Positions 39,301-50,548 of a stretch of DNA of 64,000 nt are shown in pieces. The notes beneath the pieces were generated by a model that saw nothing but the letters and a program-made list of their open reading frames with translations, was not told the origin of the DNA and did no database searches. The DNA comes from Raillietiella orientalis (Eukaryota). The stretch covers positions 1 through 64,000 of the forward strand of contig JAYWIR010000128.1 in the NCBI GenBank assembly GCA_036172245.1, in the 5' to 3' direction. The position numbers and the translations under genes are program-made. The stretch's first letter is position 1. Each line of letters begins with the position of its first letter.

Positions 39301-42300
39301 TCTTAAAGAAGCTGAAAAGCACTATGCTGAAATCTGCTCATTTCGAATTGATTACATACCATCAAAACATGTGAATTTGGCCCACACACTCAATAACATC
39401 AAAGGAAGTCATTCCCTTTCTAGTTAGGACACTGGTTACCATGAAAACAACACAGTGTTCAACGTGTCCCGCGCTCATGATCTATCGGATTCTTCTTAAT
39501 CTTCCTTTGAAATCTGGAAATTGGTACGACCAGCGGCTCTAGGTCGTGGATTTGCAATTCACTGCAAATGGATGCTTCTTCAAGAAGCTTTAAAGTGCAA
39601 TGGTGAAATTGCCCAATTCGAAGTGATTACAAACTAGGAAAAGGTGTAAATTTGGACCACATACTGTATCAGATCGAATGAAAACATTCCCTTTCTAATA
39701 CCGACACTGGTTACCATGAAAACAACAGAGTGTCCAAAGTTCTGCGCGCTAATGAAATGACGGACTCTTATTCATCATCCTCTGGTACCAGGAAATTGGA
39801 AGGATGTGCGGCTCCAAGTCGTGAATATGCCACTCGATGCAAATGGATTCTTCTTGAAGAACCGCAAAAGTGCAATGGTGAAATTGCTCATTCCGAATTT
39901 ATTACAAACAAGCAGAAGATGTAAATTTCGACCACATAATGAATAAGATCGAAGGCAAACATTATCCTTCTACTTCCTACACCTGTTATAATCGAAACAA
40001 CACAGAGTGGAAAGTGCCCCGCGCTATTTAAATGTCCGACTTCTTAATCGTTCTCTTTAACCAGGTTGTTGGTAAAATGTGAGGCTGAAGGTAGTGAATT
40101 TGCCACTCACTGCTCATGGATGCTTCTTGAAGAAGCTGAAAAGTGCAATGGTGAAATCTGCTCATTTCGAATTGATTACATACTAGAAAAAGATGTAATT
40201 TGGTTCACATACTGGATCAAATCGAAGGAAAACTTTCCCTTACTAGTTCCGACACTGGTAGCCATGAAAAAAACACAGAGTCCAAAGTGCTCTGCTCTGA
40301 TGAATCATCGCAATCTTCTTCATCATCCAATGAAACCCGGAAATTGGTACGATCTGACGCTTCATGTCCTGAATTTGCCACTCACTCAAAGTGGATGCTT
40401 TTTGAAGAGCTGCAAAAGTGCAATGGTGAAATATCCTCATTGCAAATCGATTACAAACCAGCAAAAGATGTAAGCTTGTATTACATACTGTTGCAGATTG
40501 AAGGAAAACGTTCCGTTTTTAATTCCGAAACTGGTTACCATGAAAACAACACAGAGTCCAAAGTGCCCTGCTCTAATGAACTATCTGATTCTTCTTAATC
40601 ATCCAATGAAACCAGGAAATTGTAATAAAGAGCGGCTCCATGTCGTGAATTACCCAATCACTGCAAATTGTTGCTTCTTGAAGAAACCCAAAAGTGCAAT
40701 GGCATAATTGCTCATTTCGAATTGATTTGAAACTAGGAAAAGATTTGAATTTGGACCAGATACTGAATCAGGTCGAAGGAAAATATTCTTTTTCTACTTC
40801 CGACACTGGTTACCATGAAAACCACACACAGTCGAAAGTGCTCTGCTCGAATGAACTATCGGAATCTTCTTAATCATCCAATGAAACCAAGAAATCGGTA
40901 CGATGTGCGGCTCCATCTCGTGAATATGCCTCTCACCTCAAATGTGTGCTTCATGAAGTACCGCAAAATTGCAATGGTGAAATCTGCTCATTTCGAGTTG
41001 ATTACAAACTAGCGAAAGATGTAAATTGAGTCCACATACTTAATCAGATAGAAGGAAAACATTTCCTTTCTAATTTCGACACTGGGTAGCATGAATTCAA
41101 CACATAGTCCATAGTACTCTGCTATAATGAACCATCGGAATCTTCTTAGTCATCCAATGAAACCAGGAAATTGGTACGATGTGCGACTCCATCTCGTGGA
41201 TATGCAAATCTCTGCAAATGGATGTTTCTTGAAGAAGCTGAAAGGTGCAATGGTTCAATCTGCTCATTTCGAATTGACTGCAAACTAGCAAAAGATGTAA
41301 ATCAGGACCACATACAGAATCATCGAAGGAAAACATTCCCTTTGTAATTGTAACACTCGTTACCATGGAATCAACACAGATTCCAAAGTACCCTGCTCTA
41401 ATGGACTATAGGAATCTTCTTAATCATCCTATGAAACCAGGAAATTTCCAGGATGTCCGGTGATCCATGACGGCAGCTTGCGTCTCGATGCAATTGGAAG
41501 CCTGGTTAAGTATTGCAAAATACAATGATGGGATCTGCCTTTTCTAGATTGATTATAAACCAGCAAAAGATGTAAATTTGAAACTCATAAAGAATAAAAA
41601 CCAAGGAAAAGATTCCCTCTCTACTACCGACACTGGTTCCCAAGAAAACAACACAGAGTCCAAAGTGCCCTGCTGTAGTGAATTATCGGATTCTCCTTAA
41701 AAATTCTATGAAACCAGGAAAAGGGTACGATGGGCGGCTCCATGTTGTGGATATGCCACTCACTGCAACTAGAGTCTTCTTGAAGATTCGCAAAAGTGCA
41801 ATGGTGATATCTGCTCATTTCGAATTTATAACAACCTTGCAAAAGCCATAAATTTGGACCACATACTGAATCAGATCGATGGAAAACATTCTCTTTCTAA
41901 TTCCGACACTGGTTTCCATGAGAACAATACAGCGTACAAAGTTCCCCGAGCTATTAAAATTTAAGACTGTTCTTAATCGATCTCTGAAAGCAGGAAGTTG
42001 GTAGGATGTGCGCCTCCATGTCGTGAGCTCACCACTCACGGCAAAAGGTTGTTTCTTGAAGAAACGCAAAAGTGCAATGGTGAAATGTCTTCATTTCGAA
42101 TTGATTACAAATCAGCAAAAGATGTAAATTTGGACCACACTATTAATCAGATCGAAGGAATACATTCCTTATCTAATTCCGACCCTGGTTACCATGTGAA
42201 AAGCAAAGAGTCCAAAGTGCCCCGCGCTATTGAAATGTCGGGCTCTCCTTCATCATTCTCTGAAACCAGGATGTTGGTAGGATGTGCGGCTGAATGTAGT

Positions 42301-43468
42301 GAATTTACCACTCACCGCAAATCGATGCTTCTTAAAGATGCGCAAAAGTGAAATGGTGAAATCTGCTAATTTCGAATTGATTACAAACCAGCAGAAGATG
42401 TAAATTTGGACCACATAATGAACAAGATGGAAGACAAACATATTCTTTCACATGCTGACACTGGTTACAGTAAAAACGACACAGAGTCCAAAGTGCCCCG
42501 CTCTAATGAAATATCGTATTCTGATTAATTAACTTCTGAAACCAAAAAATTGCCAAGATGTTCGGTGATCCATGACGGTAGCTTGCCTCTCGTTCCAAAT
42601 GGATGCCTGTTGAAGTAGCGAAAAAAACAATGCTGAAATCTCCTCATTCCAAATTGATTACAAACCAGCAAAAGATGTTAAATTGGAACTCATAAAGAAT
42701 AAAAACGAACGAAAACATTCCCTTTCTTTTACCGACACTGGTTCTCATATAAACAACACAGAGTCTAAAGTGCCCCTCACTATTGAAATGTCGGACTCCT
42801 CTTAATCGTTCTTGTAAACCAGGTGGTTGTTAGGATGTGCAGCTGAATGTAGTCAATTTGCCAATCACTGCAAATCGAGTCTTTTTGAAGAAACGCAAAA
42901 GTGCAATGGTGAAATGATCTCATTTCGAATTGATTACAAGCCAGGAAAAGATACAAATTTGAACCATATTCTCAATCAGATCGAAGGAAAACATTACCTT
43001 TCGAATTCCGACACTGGTTACCATGAAAACAACACAGAGTCCAAAGTGGCCTACTCTAATAAACTATCGGATTCTTCTTAATCATCCTATGAAACCTGGA
43101 AATTTGTAGGATGTGCGGCTCCATGTCGTGAATTTGCAACTCACTGTAAATGGATGTTTCTTTTTGAAGCGCAAAAGTGCAATGGTAAAATGTCCTCATT
43201 TCGAAATGATTACGAACCTGCAAAAGATGTAAATTTGTACCACACTCTCAATCACATCGAAGGAAAACATTTTTATTATAATTCCGACAATGGTTACTAT
43301 GTAAACAACAGAAAGTCCATAGTGCTCCGCGCTATTGAAATGTCGGATTCTTCATAATCATTGTCTGAAACCAGGGTGTTGGTAGGATGTGCAACTCCAT
43401 GTCCTTAATTTGCCACTCACTGCAAATGGATGCTTCTTGAATAAGCGCAAAAGTGCGATGGTGAAATC
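33333..43468. repeat. AT-rich tandem satellite, ~276-bp monomer, ~37 diverged copies
   Basis: TTAATCATCCTCTGAAACCAGGAAATTG-like motif recurs about every 275-277 bp (e.g. 33437, 33712, 33989, 34266, 35641). Hand-built consensus is 276 bp. Confidence 0.95.
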
Positions 43469-44138
43469 AGCCTAAAGGACTACGTTCCGACCACTGCGCA
43501 TGTACCGTGCCGAATGCTTCTAGTGCCGCGAGAACTTGTTTGCGCATTCGCGCGGTCACTCCTAATAGCTGGACCATCATGCTGCGGTCCACCGTAATGG
43601 AGAGGAGCCTGCGCTTCCCCATCACCTCGGGGATTTTGAGCAGTCGTTGGGCCAGCTCTGTTTGTTTGCAGATGATCTCGACGTACTGACCCTTGCTGCG
43701 GATGGTCATAGCGTTTAGCTCCTATTCTTGATCACTGAGAGCGCGCATCTACTTCGAGAAGGCGCGCGCACACTCTGAACAAGAAAGATTGCCTACCTTG
43801 TAGAGCAATGTGGGCTTATGTTCCTCCTCCACGTAGGCACATAATTCCGCCGCGGCTGCAGACGATGGCGCCGACACAAGGGCTCTCCACCCCCGCGCTG
43901 CAGCTGGGACCGATTCTGTGGGGGCGGATGCCCCCACCTCCATCGCCTCTGGGGGCGACGTTGCCGCCGCCCCCTGGCTCTCCATCGCCTCTGGGATCGG
44001 CTTTGCAGGTGCCCCCTGGCCATTCCTAATGGTCGCGTCAGGCATCGCTGCCTGATCGAGCACCGAACCACACGACGCTAGCACTAGGGGAGACTTCCTG
44101 GCACGCAGAGCACCGAGAAAACACGTCCTCCTTCGAGC
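43469..44138 (-). mobile_element. LINE subfamily D, 5' end + ORF1 N-terminal part
   Basis: Colinear with 24050-24714. GGACGTGTTTT at 44118-44128. Confidence 0.85.
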
Positions 44139-44153
44139 GCATAAGGCGTTCGA

Positions 44154-47100
44154 TTTTCACATGGATTTTGCAGGGCGTTTATTGCAACAATAGACATTTA
44201 CAAAGACGTGCAGTGGCTGGACCATTGCTTCAGCCACGCACGAAGAAACACCCAGCTTGCCGGGTCACCGGTTCGCAGAACGGTAGGGTCCACCACGGCA
44301 GCAGGGGGAAGGGGAAAAACAAAAAACAAAACACAAAAAAAAGAAAAAACTACGAGGGAACGGGAAGGGAGCACAATTGCTGGTGGGGCCGTTGCATCCT
44401 TTGCAGGATAGCGGCAAGCTCTTGCTGTATGCTTGGATCCAGGTGGGGCCATCGGGACGCTCTCCTCAGGAACTGGGAGGCTGGCTGGATGGCAACCTGG
44501 TCTTGTTGTCCTCCCGTAGCCTTGCTCCATACGGTGACGATCCCGCAAAGGCAGCACAAAGCTGCTAACGAGGCCGCAGACCGAAGAGCGTCGGCAACGA
44601 AGAGGGCTTTCAGAACGTCCCTGGGCTTGCTTCAGGGTATTCCGATTGCCGCAGCAAAGCGGAACCAAAGGGGCCGAAGGGCAACACAATCCACTAGCAG
44701 GTGGGGTAGGGACTCCCGTTCCCCACACCTGACGCAATAGGGGTCCACCGCTCCCCAGGTCCAGTGATGTTGGCGAAAGTTGCAGGGGAGTCCCCAGTGC
44801 TGCCACAGGAATGCCACTCCTGCCATTTTAAGGGGAGGCTGGAGGTGTTCATTAATAGCGAAGCCACTTCAAACGTTCAATGGGAACGACGACCCAACGC
44901 GACCCAGCGAAGAAGTCCATAAGGAGGCGTACTCGGGGTGGCAGCGTCAGACAGCAGACCCGTTTTCCACTCTCCGATCTTCTTCTCCTTCCCGGAGATT
45001 GTAACTGTAACCTCCCACTTCGTCTCAACATCGCTGTCCATTTCATTCATCAGGGAGGACAGTGCAGCAGCGAGGGGGGTTGTTCCTGCTTACGCTCTCT
45101 TCTTTGAATCCTCGAGATTCTCGCGGAGCGTGCAACTTCTGTAACCCCAAAACAGGAACCTTCGTTATTGTTGGGAGCGTTGCATACCGAACTGTCCTCA
45201 CATTCGATCGGTTTCCAGCAACCAGGCACTACCGTTGAAAGGGTGACAGGTGACCAATCCTGGGTTTTTCCGGTACAGCGCAGCCACCCTCCGTAGCTCG
45301 ATTCCGCAACGGTTGACGCAGCGACAGAGTGCAAGAAATCGACGTCAGTCCCGTCTTGCCGGTGGCATGCTGGAGAAGGAGACGTGCAAGGATGCATCAA
45401 CAGGTGCACCACAACTCTGGAACATGTGCCGACAATCGGAACTGGAGCTGGAGCTCCAGTCGCTCCAGCGTCAAGAGTCCCAGACCACCGTCCCGACGAG
45501 GAGCGCACAAGTCCTTTAATCGGAATCGGGCCCTCACGTTGCCCCAAAGAGCAGTACAGAGGAGGTGCTTTGTCCGCTTTTTAATTCTCTCTGTGGAAGG
45601 GTGAAAAAAAGCAGGGGGCGGAGGAGAGGAGCCGCGAACGTGTTCCAAACCGCGGCCCGTTCAGGCAGGAAAAACCTGCCGCCTCGGAAAGGGCAGATCG
45701 CCGTCTCCACTTTCTGGAGGCAGCCTGACCACGCTTCCGCAGGGGAGTAGTCTTCCAACGGCACACCATGGTACTTGGAGTACCTCATCGTGAGTATCCC
45801 CAAATGGACCCAGTCCTGCTGCCCTGCCCGCATCGTACCAACTGGCATCACGGACGACATCGTCATGTTCACCGTAAGTCCGGTTCCCCGATGCAGCAGG
45901 TCGAAGAACTCTTCGACCGACACAGCCAGGGTGGACATAGGGAGCAGCAGCAGAAGGTCGTCCGCGTACGCTGAAATGCCCGGCGTACCGGCACAGTCGT
46001 GCGGCAGGTGCGCCAGAGTTTCCCTGCACGCTTTCAGTACCAACTGAAAGTAGGTACTGAAAAGCAAGGGGCTTAGGCTGTCTCCTTGCCGGATCCCACG
46101 TCGCACCGGCACGCCGTGAACAGTACGCCCGCTGAAAGTAACGTTAATGAGCGCGTCGCGCCAGCAGGAGCGCAGATAGGCCACTAATGAGGTTGTGAAG
46201 CACAAGCCTTCCAGAAGCTCCCGAAGGAGATTCTGGTCGACGCAATCGAATGCTTCATGCAAGTCGACAGCGACCGCAATTGCTCCCTCCCCCACCCGAC
46301 CATCCCTGCCATGGCTGCCGGACTCACCGGAATCCCTGCTGCGTATCGAGCCTTTTTCATGTTTTAGATATAGCCAGGTGGAAGCGTGGAACAGGTCCGC
46401 CTCCATGCTTCGACCGGGAACAGCATATGTCAGTTCCGTGCTGATGAAGATGTTGGCAACCCGTCTCATCCTCTCTACCCTAACCTTAGCTAGCAACTTG
46501 GCGTCCGCATTCACTATTGTGATGGGACGCCTGTTGTTCATGCTCCTCAGATCTACTCCCTTAGGGAGGAGCCGCACCTTTGCCGAAAGAAACGAGGCGG
46601 GAGCGTCATCTGTCGCGCGTATCAGCAAGGTGAGTTGCTGTACCAGGGGGGTAAGCTCACGCGCGAAAGTTTGGTAAAACTCCGCGGGCAGGCCGTCCTC
46701 CCCTGGAGCCTTGCGCCTCTTGAGCTTTCCGTTGGCCGAGAGGATCTCCTCCATCGTGAAAGGCTCGTCGAGGGTCTTTCTCTGCTCCTCCGCGATCGCT
46801 GAAGCGCCTTCCGGAAGCAAAAGTCGTGAGACGTTTTTCTCCGGAGGTGCCCTGGCATACAGGGAGGAGTAGTAACTCCGCAGCAGGCCGCGGATTTGGG
46901 CGGGTGCCGAGTGCTCCTGGTCCTGATCGTCCAGCAAGCTAGCCAATCCGGACTGCCAATCTTGCTTTTCGGCTCCCGCTCTGTATTCCGCCAGCCTGCA
47001 GATGTCGGAAGTCCTGGCGTAACGACAAGCCTGCAGATAGGTTCTTTCTTTACGGACCCTGGTCCCAAAACCCGTAGGTAGGCGGTGCAGAGGGAACTCG

Positions 47101-48523
47101 TCGCAGAACTCCTGGACCGACCGCTTAAAGCGGTGCCAATCCTGGAGTTTTCGCAGTCTCAAGCCCCGTATGAACGTGTGAAGATGTTGCGCCGCGTCCG
47201 GGAGCTTCAGTTAGTCCCATGGGAGACGCCACGCTGACGAGGGGGGGCCCCTGTCACGCGGATGGTTCTCGAGAACTAGCAGGCGATGGTCGGACAGCTC
47301 GCACGGTAACTTGGCGCGCCTGCCCACGCGAGGGCACAGGTGCTCCTCAAGAAACACGTGGTCGATGCACTTCCATCTCCTGTGCACTAGCCAACAAATT
47401 ACAGGTGTGCACCGCCATGCACACCTTTTGGACCAGGTCACGCTCGGGATTCTATCCATCTGGTTTCAGGCGAACGTTGAAATCGCCGCTACCAGATGGG
47501 CATTCCTCACGCCTGCTTTGGTCAGCCAGTCGCGCCGGGGGGCCAGAAAAAACTCTTTCCTCGCTCTCCTGTTCATCAGGTCACCGCCACTCGGTGCGTA
47601 CACGTTCGTGACCATCAGATCGATCGGCTCGGACCACCTGAGGGTCAGCTGGTTGACACGACCGTGATCGTGGAACCGCACGTCCCGAGCCGCGGCCTCG
47701 ACGGCTGGCCGAAGCAGGTAGGCGACACCGCAACTTTTGGGTATCCAACACCTATACAATAGCCACCCTCCGGAGATCCGTTCGATCTCTTGCGCTTCTT
47801 CTACAGAGATCACGTGGATCTCCTGCAACAGCTCAAGGTCGTAGGACTCCAGAAGGGCTGCCATGTCTCGTCTCCTGCCGGCGTCTGTCATGCCGTTCAC
47901 GTTCCAAACAGCGATGCGCAGACGACGGCGGGAGAAGCTTCCCGGCATTACTGCTGGGAAGATTAAGGGGTGGGGGGCATGCCTCTTGCGAGGCGGACGG
48001 GTTGTCCATGGGGGTTTCGGCCTTCTCAGGCACCTGAGGCACCTGTTCGGCCTCCACCCCCTTATCCCTTCCTTGTCCGTACGTGGGAGTCTCTCGGGCG
48101 ACGGGTCCCGAGAGTTTCCCACGCTCATGGCACCCTCGCTTGCGGAAGCCATCTCTTCCCCTTCGACGGGGGAGACGAGCTTCCTTGGCTTTGTGGAATT
48201 ACGTCCAGCCTTCTTGCGCGGTGCCGTGGAAACGGAGGCTGCGCTTCCGGCCTCCACCTCGGGGTCGGAAGTGGGAGACTAATGAGGGGAGGCCGGACGC
48301 CTTATGGCCTTCTTGCCAGCCTTGGAGGGTTCTGGTTGCAAAGTTGCTGCCAGCTACTCCGCGGCTCGCGCGAAGACTACGTCATCGATGGTGGTGTCGA
48401 TGACGGACGCCGCTGCCTGCTGGCTCCCCTCGCTGTTGACAGAGTCAACAGAGGGGAGATCGTCGGTAGCGGCGAGTTGTTTTTCGCAGCGGTCGGGAAT
48501 ACGCTCGACGACAACAGTGCATT
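44154..48523 (-). mobile_element. LINE subfamily D, 3' part of a full-length copy (continues at 54302-55457)
   Basis: EN (AVWNVNG, LLQEIH, NVYAP, IDH, LSDH), 542-aa RT ORF 45534-47162, zinc finger, AATAAA 44178-44183. Confidence 0.9.
44350..47948 (-). pseudogene. ORF2 (EN-RT-zinc finger) of D element, frameshifted
   Basis: Consecutive ORF pieces with EN and RT motifs. ATG lies in TAATG at 47946-47950. Confidence 0.85.
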
Positions 48524-48601
48524 GACGTGTTCTGTGTTGCTCCTCGAGCGTGATTCCTTTCCGTCTTCTTGTGTGTGGTGTGCCCGAGTGCGTCCACTGG
48601 G

Positions 48602-50548
48602 ATGTCCACGGAGGCATTGCAGCAAAAGATAGATGTGAACGCTGCCACTGGCAGTAGAGACTCTACTCCAGATGTCCGGTCCGCCTCTGATTCTTGTGTC
48701 TCGTCACCGGCGAGAAGCTTCGCCGCCGTCGTCAAGGCGGCGGCAGCCAACGGAGCACCGCCCGACGAACCAGAGCTGCAGGCATATGCTGCCCATGGCT
48801 ACAAGCTTGCGCTCTGCTATCAGGTGAGTGCTTCTATCTCCGACGGGGTCGGAGAAAATTTGTGGGACGAGCTTTTGCGCGTCGCGGTCCGACAGGACGA
48901 CCTCCTGGCCGTCATGCCGTTTAACGCGCTCGGACACTGGGAGGTGCACTGCAAAGAAACATCCCTAGTCCAGCGCCTTCTCCGCACCCCGCTAAATATC
49001 CGCGGGAATGAGGTCGTCCCGTCGGCCATGGACCAGTCGTTCGTGGTCCGATTATACGCCGTCCAGGTGGACACGCCCGATCGCGTGCTCGTCGCTGCAC
49101 TAAGTGCATTCGCCACGGTGCACGCGCTGTGGAGAGCAGAAAATCCGATCAAAAGGATTGCATCTCTCCACAGCGAACTTGCCATGGCGCGTGTCACCAT
49201 GGCGAATAGGAGGCAAATGCCTCCGCACTTGCAGGTGGGCTATGCGATCGTCCACCTTGAATTTGCCGGTCAGCGACCGGCTTGCAGCATTTGCGGTACA
49301 GAGGGCCACCGTCCGTAGACGTGTCCTTCACGCAACTGCCGCTATTGTAAACAGCTCGGCCACTCCATCAAAGAGTGCGCCGAGCAGAAGAGAAAGCGGC
49401 AGGCGAAAAGCCGCCAACAATCGAACTTGTCCGCGCCAAAAAGATCCCCCGTTGTGCCACGGGAGAAATCGGGCGCGAAGGGAAGGGCATCTTCGAGTGG
49501 AGGTTCCGCGAAAAAGGACGCGGTTGCTTCAGGGAAGCCACCATCCTAGACAAACGCGCAGACGGGAAAGATGCCACGTCGCCCTGTGGGCAAATCGCCC
49601 CCTTCGAAGCAGCCTAAGAGTGCGGGCACGCACTCAATCAAGGCTGCTGAACCGTCCGCGTCCGCTAGCGCGTCCAGCGGAGCACACGGGAAACCGTGCG
49701 CGGGTACCGCCGGAGCTGCCTCTGAACGGCAGTCTCCTCCTACGGCGGTGGAGATCACGTCTTCCACGCCGAAGGCACTAGCAGCGAAGGCTGCAATAGC
49801 GCCTCGCGGGACGACGGCAATGACCGCCTTTTCGCCCGCATCGGCTAAGGAGCAGGTGCAGTGCGTAAGGGGGACGGAGCCGTCTCCCGTCGCGAGCGCG
49901 AAACGTGAGCCGGCATCTCCGGCCAAACAATTGAGGGAGGCGTCGGCCTCCCAGGAGGGCGTCCCCGACGCGGGCTGGACTCGAGTCTCCAGGACGCTCA
50001 CAAAGGGGAAGAAGAAGGTTGACCATTCAATATTCCCCATCCTTAAGGTAGGTGGGAGGCAAAAGAGAAGCACGCCGAAGAAGGTGCGTACCTGGGTACG
50101 CACCTTCTTCGGCTGCGTTCTCTGTCTCCGTCCCTTCGCGCGAGAGATCGGCTGCGGAAGCAAAGCTCCGGAAGCTGCGTTGGCGACTGCGACGACCCCC
50201 GCGCGGGCAGGGCAAGCCTCCACCTGCCGAAACAAAAAGAGACTGGCAAAACGCCAGTCTCGCGCCAGGCACTCCGACTCCGAGGTGGAGTCCGAGTGCA
50301 AACAAATGGAGCGCGCATCCCGGGGTAAGCCGGAAGCGCGCCGGGCTAAAGTGCGGAAGCACGAGCCTGTTGCCGGAGGCGGTTCCGGCTTTTGCACGGA
50401 GACCGAGGCGATGATCCTCGGCTCCCAGGACTCAGCTGGGCGCGATGTGGCGGCGAACGGGAGCAATTTCGCTTCCCAATCCGCTCTCCTACCAGCTGAC
50501 TTGTCGCCCCACGGGGCGAGGAGCACGCCGTCATGTCCGCAGCAGTGA
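48602..50548 (+). pseudogene. ORF1 of A element (RRM-like core, two CCHC knuckles, low-complexity C-terminus), two in-frame stops
   Basis: ORFs 48569-49318 and 49571-50548 share a frame. Knuckles CSICGTEGHRP*TC and CRYCKQLGHSIKEC. Stops at 49316 and 49547. Confidence 0.85.

Noticed and set aside
33400..43357. Repeated 60-170-aa ORFs in the satellite; the monomer is 92 codons and one frame has a single consensus stop
   Set aside because: Several frames on both strands are similarly stop-poor, indels break frame between monomers, and no protein motif is recognisable. Not called coding.
33333..43468. CRISPR array
   Set aside because: The whole unit repeats with no unique spacers, and there are no cas genes.
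43465..43480. Satellite junction lies within ~10 bp of the ORF1 position hit at 29553
   Set aside because: Single approximate coincidence with no element remnant.
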